From assembly GCA_030141605.1 (NCBI GenBank), contig JAQGDQ010000150.1:1-64000 (forward strand): a stretch of 64,000 nt of DNA. The letters run 5' to 3'. The notes below the pieces were generated by a model, which worked only from the letters and a program-made list of their open reading frames with translations, searched no databases and had not been told where the DNA came from. Shown one piece after another: positions 42,440 to 53,800 of this stretch (positions are counted from its first letter, which is position 1; each line of letters starts with the position of its first letter). The stretch is from Tubiluchus corallicola (lineage: Eukaryota > Animalia > Priapulida). Position numbers and translations under genes: made by a program.

Positions 42440-45400
42440 GTACGTTTCATTTATACATTTTGCTAATAAGAATTATTGATTATGACAATTGCTTGTCAAG
42501 TTAAGAGCTATATAATATATTACATATTTTTGTGGCTTACTGAAAGAAGACTATAATACAAAACAACATTGTTACATAATGAACTATCGAATTGGTAAAA
42601 AATGGTTACGGGTCAAACATTTGACTTGCAATATAACCCTTTTGGAACCAAAATAATTTTACATAAAATAAGTTTGGTTACTTTTACATAATATTGGTAA
42701 TATTTATTAAAGTTTTTTCAAAATGTACAAATGTAAAAGATAAGGAAAAAGGATCGATTTTCGTCAAATTATTAACACAAATTAACGTTCAAGCATATTA
42801 GTCCATCAGTTTTCAGATAGGCCTATGTATAAAAAAATAGCAGGGACCTCTAGTGTGTAGGTTTCTAGGCCTAAGTTATGATTTTTCGATAATCAAAATA
42901 TTTCAATGTAATATGTACGTCGCGAGGTACATATAATTATATGCATCCAACTAATTAACTATTAATAACGTATATAAAAATGATTTTTGCAGGATGAATT
43001 AGTAAACTCGGGATATTTGTCTCATATTCACCCTACAATATATGAACTGCAATCATCATTAAGGTAAGATATTACTGCCCCAGGGCTGACATACAGGCGA
43101 TGTAATTCTTTCTTCGGCTACTTGGTAAGTTGCTTGGTATAATTTTATAAGGTGACAAGCTCATGAGCAGGACTTTAAAAGCTGGGCACAAAATCCATTA
43201 TAATAAGTACAGTGACTGTGCAAACAAGGTTAACTTATTGTAAAAGCTGAAATGGAATTATTAACAGCCACAGAAATTTATGACAAACATTATCAAAGTA
43301 CTGTAGAAGTGTAATATACGTGTAATATTCTTTCCGTTTTAATAATAGTGTATTCATTTAGCCACATACAAGTAATTAGTTACAAGTAAATTACTTTACC
43401 TCCGTCTACTTTGATTAATTTAACTATTTTGTAAAGTAATTACACTCTAGCATAGTAAACTAACATTTTGGAACAATTCCGTTTAATTAAGAGATGTCTT
43501 AGTCAAAAGTGCTGTGTAGTCTAGTGCTTATAGCTTTAGACTTGTAATTCAAAGGTCCATGTTAAAACACTCATGCATTTTTCACTTTCTGTCAAGCTTG
43601 GTTTTAAAACTGTATAATTGTAGGTTCGTTTCACTTGATCCGTCTTTCTGTAAAATGGGCAGTTCGCTTACTACTACCGTTGATGGTCATAAGTGTACCG
43701 CAACCTTGCTAATTAATTTACGAAGATTAACTTATGAGATGAGCGGCATAGATGCCACGGTTCACATTTCAATGTACTGCTATACTGTTTAGGTCTATGA
43801 AAAAATGGACAGAACAGTATGGCACAGAAGCTATCCTGAAAGAGATTTACTTGCCACCGCTCATGTGCTCAAGGCAACTTTGTGGTTGTCTTGTACTGTA
43901 ACCCTATTTTTGCAGTCACTGCAACTTACTATAAAGGATTTAGTGCCCAGCTTTGATGATCGGGTGATAAAGTCCTGCTAACGAGCTTGCTATATACTAT
44001 AAGCATTTAGCTACTTCTTTCTTCTTTAATTTGGCTAAAATTTGAACATAAAATTTAGAGTTTACCGAAATTTAGAGGTTACCACAAGAACTATGTCACG
44101 TAAACTACATACAACTCACGGTACCACTTTCAATCCCGTTTATTACTTGCTCCCCGTGTACTAAGCTAGATAGTAAGGGTTACACCGTTTTCTAGCTCCG
44201 TCGTACTTCTAAGCAGGCAAACTTAAAACCAATATTAATTTACATATCAACAAACCTTTCTGATTTTTAGTTGACATTGCACGTTCTGTCGCGCTTACAT
44301 CCAGATACATATACACATGAAGGTCTTAAATTTCCCATTACGCGAAATAAAGTTATAGAAGGTTTCTAATGAGTAGCTATTTCTTTTAGATTAATCTGAA
44401 TTTTTTTAACTTTTCAGGCTATATCAAGCAGCGCATAATTTAACAGTGACAGGCCTTTTTGATGAAGCCACACAAAAGAAAATGCATAGGTTCGGCTGTG
44501 GAGATAAAGATCTTGGTGAAATGCCACTAATAGTGCCAGGCAGGAGACAGCGAATGAAGCGACAAACTGGAAAAGCATGTAAGATGAGTGGTTTTCTAGT
44601 AAAGAAATATCTACCTTGCACCTGTAAATTTTACCTTTGGTTCGGATGCAAGCAATTACTACTTGTAGATCCTCACAGTCTCGCACACATTCTCGTTCAA
44701 CCAGGTATTCTTTTATGGCTTGAACTCTGCGAGCTGAAAATCAATAGCAGGGCAGGCCTATTTAATGTGGGTGGTCGTGGCGCTATCGGAATCTAGCTTG
44801 CTATTAAAACTAAACCTGTAAGAAGAGACACTAAAATGGCAAAAGGTGAATCTGAATACATCCTACCTCGACGAGTAGCTTGAATAAGAAGGGTGAATGA
44901 AACTTCTCAGAGTGAACATTGAACTTGGCAGTTATCTATTCAATCACTGACCCGTCTCGCTGTTGCTAAACTATGGTTGCTAAGAACACACCATGACCAT
45001 TCGGCTCCACACTTCGCCTCCGCATATGCTTCCTTATACACAGACCTTTATAGAATCATTGTCTGCACAAATCACAAAAGGTCCATCAGCTAATCTGCAA
45101 ACATCCTTAAAGCCCCTCCCCCATCCTCGGAAACGTTCTTAAATAACCTACCTGTATCGCCACAGTCTTGTTATGTTTTTTTGAACAATAGAAAAGGTTG
45201 CACACAACCCTTTGTCGGCAAGGTAGAAAAGTGAAATGACATTTTTTTACAAATATTAGTTACCAAATTTTCGTTGTTGTAATTTTTGTTTCAGTAATTC
45301 CGTGGTCCCGATGGTGGTTTATTTGTAATTTGTCGTGGGATGTTCGATCACCGCCACCTAAAGAACGGACAGCCAGAGCAGTTAGGTAGTAGTGTGCACT

Positions 45401-47395
45401 GGTGGTGGTAGCATGTCAAATGCCATAGGGGCAGTGGTTTTATAGGGACAAAGCATTTTATGAAATATGAACTATGCGCAACAAATAACGTTAAATTACT
45501 ATATCACATAGATACCAACCTTGCAATGAGAATTCATTTGAGTCACATCTTTCCTACTTTACTGTTTTAATCCTATTATTCTTTTTTAGTTTATATATTT
45601 TTTATCAGTTCATCTTCAGAGTGCGAATTGTCGATTTTATTAAGGCATAATGTAAGCCCATTTTTAACAAAGACATGCACCCGTATTTTCGGCATGTCAC
45701 AAATTAGCATGTTCATTCTCTATTACTTCGTGAAATGTATGAAATGGTGGCACATTGGTGTACTGATTTATCTAGCCATCTACGTACCTGGCCGAATTGA
45801 AAATTTGGTACATTTAGGTCTTTTGAAGCTTTCAACAAGGCCGTTCTGCAATGTTAACACACCGTAGCCCTGACATTATCGTCCACATTAGGATGCCATA
45901 TAATGAGATATTAGAATGACCGCATGTTGATGAAATCTAAAATTTCGTGTATTTTCCAGTCTATCCGTTTGTGCGCTTGCTTAAGGCGACAATTACACGT
46001 TAAAAAATTAAAGATGGAGCTACATGTGTGCCAAATGCAACTCAAGTGTTTTTGCATGTCTGTGACATTGCATGATTACTGCATGATTATGTCTATGCTA
46101 AACTAGCCGTTCAAGATATAGCACTGGGAACTCTCAGCATTTAGTTACGGTAAAATGTTTTATGTTTATTTTGGTAGATGATTTTAGAAGCATTTATGAT
46201 CAGGCACGGTGGTGGTTCATCTGTGACTTGATTTGGGACGTTAAGAATGAGCATAAAACTGTCAATCCTGCAATTGTCAGGTAAAATACTTGTGACACCT
46301 TCAAGAAAATTTAAGTGACCATTGCGAGATGACTGAGCTCATAGACAGTGTAGTGAGCATTATTCCTACCTTAAAATATCTAACACTAATAGTTATTTTC
46401 ACAAGATACAGGAGCGACCAGCATACCGCTGATAAGTCACCTTAACGTAAAACCACACAGTGCTCGCGTGACAGTCACATATGAAACTGATTATTGAAAT
46501 TCCTCTGTTTCAAGCTGTTCCTTTCTCCTTAATCAGGTACGAAATGTCCTAATACGACTCACTCAACTAAACGAGCTACCATTGTTTTAAAAGCCTACAA
46601 ACACTTTCAAAGATAGAAATTGGATGTTAAATTAAATGTGCCAGAATTTCTTTTCAAATTTTCAATAAATCAAACTCTTATCAAACGAATCAAGAAATTC
46701 AATGTTATTCAAATACACACAATTTCATTGCCCAATGACATTAAAACTTTCAATGCGTCTTGGACCTTGTGATTCTTAATTTGAGGAAACTTGCAGTGCA
46801 AGGAGCATGCTCCAAAACTCCAATTGTACTGGATCAATCCCGTTAATTTCAGTACAGTTATACACCACAGGGCGTTTAGTAAACAATGCCAGTACTGTAC
46901 ATGAATTATTACCATAAAATCACTCAAACGCACATAATTATATTACACAGTTCACCGTTGAATTTTGATATCAAAGCTTACACCTTTGTTCACCCACACG
47001 CCCTTAGGCTGGGTGCTATCATAATAAATCAGTTATTTTCAACACGTTCAAAGGTAACAATGATTTTAGTCAACGAATTACTAATAATTCGTCTCTGGTT
47101 TTCGATCTAGCATTTTGCATCAGAAAAGTAAAACGTTTCACGAAATTAAATCTAGAGCACATTTAAATGTAAATGTATTCATCAAGCACATTTCACACAA
47201 AGTGAATCGAACTTGATTTTCTTGGACAAGTGTAATAATCAGACATTTCAGTTTGCAAGAAAACACGAAATTAGGGCAATCGTATGGTATACAGTGTTAC
47301 TATCATTCTTTTAATTACACATAGCATTTTATGAAACCAAAAAAGCTTACTGACTGATTATTTGTTTACAAATTGCTGCTAATCACGGGTCCCGC

Positions 47396-47475
<80 letters not shown>

Positions 47476-47790
47476 TTCCAAGGTCGCCCCCAGCTTTAGT
47501 TTCTGACCTTTAACGTCAAGTAAACGTTTAAACATCACCGAGTGCTCAATCATTTATATCATGGGTAGCTCACTGAAAATAGCGCATGTGAATTAAGTTT
47601 TAATTGGCTAAGCACAACCGTTTAGAAAACGAAGATAACACACGCTTTTGGAAGAAAATGGACACGCGTGCTCGTGTCCGCCCACGCGCACGAGGATACA
47701 CGTATTATGTGGCCGGTTCTTTAGTATAGAATGATATTTGTTAATATAATATAATAATAAAACTCTTTATTGCATATGTCATATAACAGC

Positions 47791-47841
<51 letters not shown>

Positions 47842-50800
47842 TACATGCTTACCACCATGTACAAGATAAAAGTTTAAAAAAATGCATAAAAGACGTATTG
47901 TCTCTCAGTAATACACAAGAACGTCATTGAAACCTGTTGATATGATGACTGTTCGCGAAGCTTTTTTAGTATGTAATATGAGATTATATTTTATTTAGTG
48001 CACAAAGGCTGCCTACTCATAATTATATAGTTTCTTTATAAACCTTAATTGATGTAGGTTGTTTTATACAAGTTAATACGTTCTCTTGTAGCTGCTTTTT
48101 AACCTGTTTTTATAGGATCTTAGCAGATTTTATTCCTATTAATTTGTATTAATTACTGCGGCTATGCAAACCGAATTGTGACCACATTCATTTTTAGTTT
48201 CTATGCGTTTAATATTTCGTGTGCTTGTATTTAGTTGTTTGTCCTTGATGAAATGCACTGAATGTAGTGAATGCACTTAATTTTCTAGGCAAATGTTTCG
48301 GAGAGCTTTGCAAAGATGGGTTAGAGCTGTAAATAATGGAAGAAGAACGCGGATACTGAATTTGCGAGAAACTTTCGACATGTCGGAAAACCCAGACATA
48401 GTTCTGAGTTTCGAAGAAAAAAATCACGGGGATGGAAATCCATTCGACGGAAAAGGGGACGTCTTAGCTCACGCCTTTCTTCCTTTCATAAGCGGGCGCT
48501 TTGATGGACAACTACATTTAGACAAAGATGAGGACTGGCACAGCGATACATTGGAAGGACAATTGATGTCGTATGTAATTCTGCATGAAAGTGGACATCT
48601 CTTTGGATTATCACATTCGAACAATTTCAGCGCAGTGATGTATCCATACATTGGCAGAAGACACATTGGTAAAACACTGCTTCATGACAGCGATATTAAA
48701 ACTATACGAGAAAAATATCGTAAGTGTGTCTTAATTATTATTTACTATGAAAATTTCTAGAAAAGTATTGCAAAAACACTTTTAGACAATGATTAATCAG
48801 CAATCTGTGATGTTGCGTTGCTAGTGCGACGTGATAGGATAACTTTAAATGACACAAGTTTGTCGCAACATTACGGTTTAGTAAAATTCCTACTACTGAA
48901 ACTGACTAAAAGGCTGCACCGCATTTCGCATTGCTTGATATTGTTTTTTGCGCTTTTTTGCATGTGAGGTTTAGGAAATATTCATTTTAACGCCACTAAC
49001 AATATTTAACACTAACTTTTTGGTGGATCTACAGCTAGGGTTTAATGGAGACGGGAAACTTTGGACCGAAAATTCTCGAACAGTCGCCAAAAAACTCTCG
49101 CGACTGTGTTTCGTCACTGTTTCGTGAAACCCTGGCTTTACATTACCACAAGACGGGATTGTAATGGCAGGGCTTCGAGGGGTTCGCAACTTCGGCGACT
49201 AGTGCAAAAATCGCCGAATATGCTCGAAAGGTTCCCCAAATAGTCGCAAAACATGCATGGGTGTTCGTCATGGTAGCCAGATGGTTTAGTTTCGGCAAAT
49301 TTTTAATATATTTAAAGGTTGATGCCGGAGTGACCTCGCCATAACTCCTCTAAACTGTCGTAAAGTTGTCTGAACATGCGCAAAACATGAACACATATGT
49401 CCAAGTTATTCGCTGCATTTGTAAACAATTTCAAAGCCTACGAAAACTTGCAGAACATCTCGAAACGCTTTTGAGAAGGCTGCGAAAATTTTACGACATT
49501 TTTCAACATTTTGGCGAACCTGGGTTGTCCTACACTGCTTCCACGAAAATTTCTGTGAAAACGTGGTAGAATGATCGCAATATATATGCGCGAATGTCGT
49601 GCACCATTCGCCCTAGCGCGTAAGTGTTGCCGAAGTCGGTAAATATGCGCAAATATATCGCAAACATGTAGTGCAAGTTTCGTCCGAGAAAGCACCAAAA
49701 ATTCGCCAAAAATTGTCGCCACTAGTGAAAGTGCTGGGAAATTATTTAGAACTTCACACAATGATTTGCGACCTCGACGAAACACAGTCCATGATTTTTG
49801 GCGACTGTTAGACGGTCGTGGCGAAAAAGTGAAACCCTGGCTTAAAAGTGTAGCCGAGTGCACAGCTCTTTAAACCCAGGAAGTTTCATGGTTAAGCGAC
49901 TCTTTTGCGACGAAAGTGCCACAAATCATTCATGCGAAGTTTCAGATCATTTCGTGCGATTTTCACCATTTTTGTGAATTTTCGGCTTTTTGTCAGGTGG
50001 AAAGCGTGAGAATGTCGTACGAAATTCTAACGGCACGTTTGTGCATGTTTAGCGATTTTTGCAGCACTTATGCGACAAGGCGAATGTTGCACGACATTCC
50101 GAAAGTACATTGAGATCATTTCACGACCTTTTCCTAGAATTTTTTTGGAAATAAGCGTAGGACAACCGAACTTTGCCAATATTTTTATAACTCTTTATTT
50201 TGAGATATATACTTGCGCCCTCTATTTGCAGGGACACACAGTTTAACAGCATTTGCATGCCACTTTTAACAACTATCTAACAGTACCTATGCTGTACTAG
50301 CTGTACATATATTATCACTATCTGCTTAACTTATATTGATATCAGTTACCTAAATCACTTGATCCAGTTAGATTAGTGACAAAAAATATCTAAAAAAGTT
50401 TCAGCAAAATTAATTAGAATCAAGTTATTACGATAAGTTAACATATAAATAGCATCCTGGTGCTGTAAAACACTTACAAAGTTTTCCCTTCTAACGCGAT
50501 TTAGGAAGTTACATTTAAATAGCAGATGATGTAGGATTTGCCTTCCCTCTAAACACTAGCACATATTATTTTCTGCATAACCAATATTGTACAGGAAGTC
50601 ATTACTTGCCTTGACCTGTATGTCAGACTTTCGTGTGGAAAAGAAATTAGCTTTAATCTATAGATCACAGTAACAGAAATGCCAGTCCAAATGTTTACTT
50701 TAAAATAATAATGACATTTTCGTTACCATTTCAAAATTGCTAGGAACATTATACCAAAAATCCCGCCATCTGAAACCGGGTATGAACTGCATAAGTAATG

Positions 50801-53800
50801 ACTCGTGATATTTAGTTATGATCCATTTTTAACTGATAAGCGTTGAGCTTTTTATTCGCAAATGTCTTGAAAAAAGTAAATCGTACCAAAGGTCAAAAAT
50901 CATATCACATCTTCCGGGTATTCCGCCAGTTAATAAGGAACATATTCCAGTATCATCTGGCGAAATGTCATTATATTCAATTTTGAAAAATACAGCTTGG
51001 GCATTTGTTGAATATGACGTAATTGCTGCCATATTGGAACTGTAACTTATGAAGAATTCACTTCCATTAGCTGATTCAGTATAAATTTCGGAATCATGCT
51101 ACTAAGTTTCATTACAATCTGTTACAATTGTAATAAAACAGCCTTGGGTTTTTTATGAAACATGTTCCAACGACGACAACAATACTAAAAAGATAAGTAC
51201 CTCTAGTTTTTAAAGACAATATTTCAGGACCCGAAAAGGCAAAAATACACTGAGAAGTCGAAAAAAGGGAATTTAAAAGAAGAGCGCCATAGTTATAGTG
51301 CTCACAAAAAACCATCAGCAATTTGTTGTAAAACCCAGCACAACACTAAATTAAGGAGAAAAGATTTACTGTAACTACAACATCAAATACCAAAGGGATT
51401 TAAGCATAATCCCTTACTACAAAACGAATAGGTAAGAATTTTGCTGTATTTTCAGCCTTGCGATGGTGTGATAATCAAAAGCATGTTCCATTCTACCCAA
51501 GAAGAATCGACAGAATTAGGATACAAAAAGAGCAAGAACGGATTCGAAAACGTACAAAAACTCGCCGAGGACGATCTTCGAAAAGTTCAGACAAGATAAC
51601 ACAGAATCGCCAGCCTAACAAAGAAGAATATAGCACTGAAAATCATATAGATCTAGACGAAAATAATGACAATGAAAAAGAGACGGACGAAATTAACGAG
51701 AGTAAAACACGTGGCAATAGAGAATCTCAGGAAAAAGAATTTAGTGAAAACAGAAGTACAAGCAGCACAACAGAAACAACAGAGGCTCCCACTTCATCCA
51801 CTTCAACTACAAAATCATTTACAGAAACGACAAGTGCTTAACGGCTTTATTAACAAACTGCAATACAGAAGAGTTATTTTGTCAAGTTACCTTATACCGA
51901 TAAATGACATTAGAAAGAAGGAAGTACTGTCCTTCACAACATAGCACTTGTCCTTGGATATCCATTTTTCCACAAATTTAAATCCTTGGTTTTTTCTCAT
52001 GTATATGTACAGCACATCTTGAAGAAGTATATTGGGGCAAAAAATATCAGTGCCAAAATATCAGTCAAATCCAAGAGGATGTAAACAATTGTCACAAAGA
52101 AGTGTTTTTGTCCATTCATATATTTTCCAAATAATTTTTCATGTCTATGTTTGGAAGATGATTGGTATTACAATCACTCAGACACATAATCTGCCATGCA
52201 AAAATGATAAGTTAAAAAGAACTTTGAACATTAGTAGTAATTGTTACAAAAATGCGAATTTCTGCTACAATGAAGTATCATGTTCCAACCTTCTATTCCA
52301 GTTTTGGAAAAACGAAGTGCATCATGTATGTCTATGAATAAAATATTGTGGCCACTTGTTAGAGATGACTTTGTATGGTTTACAAAACCAGAATTTATAT
52401 GGGAATATTCCATCAAAGTTTCTTTAATAATTGTAATTTTTATTACAGTTACGGTCAGTTGATATTTAAAGGGCCTTTTTAAGTCTGTTTTACTGATTGT
52501 AGGAAAAAACTGCCTAAAACCTGCAAAAAGGAACAATGTTGTGTTACTTCATGTATGTTTAACATGCATTGTAGACATTTATTACTTGTTACTTGTTAGA
52601 GATCTGGCACTTTGAAAATTTGTTCTTTGCTTTCGTTTTAATAAGAATTATATTATAATGACAGATGGACCAATTTCAACATTTGCAAAGATTATATTCT
52701 AACTTAATCACAGTAAATGGAGATTAATCTAACAATAATACTGTGCAGATTATGCTGACTTGCAGAGCTCGACTGCTTTTTAAAAGCTGCTTGCAATTAG
52801 TAATATGTGAATAACTGGTTAGTGAGATGCTGCTTTTAACAAGATGCATGTTTCAATAACCTGCAGTTGCTAACGTAACTAATACACTATCTCGCTGAAG
52901 ATGACACGTTAACATACGTAAGATATGTCAAAAGACAATTGGTAAGTGGTAAATACATATGAACATACGATATCACGAACCACGTAACACAACTTTAGTC
53001 ACTGAAAGGAGCAATAAGAAATCTACTTCGACTCTATTTTTTTTACTCTGCATTTTTTCCTATTACCACTAATTCCAAATACGTAGAACAAAGTGTATCC
53101 TACAGGCTACAAGTTATACACTTTACATAGCAGTGAACAATTATCATAAAAAATATTAAAAAATTTGGTAAGCTGACAAACTAGATCTGTTGTTAAAGGT
53201 TTCACATTGAGAAATACTACTGTTACCATTTGATTAGTCAGTGTAACTACTGTGACATGTCAGTGTGTCGCTATATACACTGTAAGATTTTTGTTGTGCT
53301 TTCAGCCATTGCTTGGTGCGATAATCAGCAACATGTTCCATTCTACCCAAGGCGTATTGACAGAATAAGGATGCAACAAAGGAATCGATACAAATACCAA
53401 CCAGTAATTGGTAGGTACTACAGCAGCAACATCAATATGACCACAACAGGGGATGATGAAAAGGCATACAATAATTATAATCAACAAAATGACAGAAATG
53501 CTGGAGATCATACACAATTCTTCAATCTTGATCAACAGAATGATGGAAATGCTGGAGGTCATACACAAAACTTCAATCATGATCAACAGAATGATGGAAA
53601 TGCTGGAGGTCATGCACAAAACTTCAATCATGATCAACAGAATGATGGAAATGCTGGAGGTCATGCACAAAACTTCAATCATGATCAACAGAATGATAGA
53701 AATGCTGGAGGTCATGCACAAAACTTCAATCATAATCAACAGAATGATGGAAATGCTGGAGGTCATGCACAAAACTTCAATCATAATCAACAGAATGAGA

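Noticed and set aside
53230-53305. Stand-alone 616-aa gene starting at 53230
   Set aside because: The start is a TTG in intron-like sequence homologous to the exon 6a acceptor flank; better explained as a last exon.
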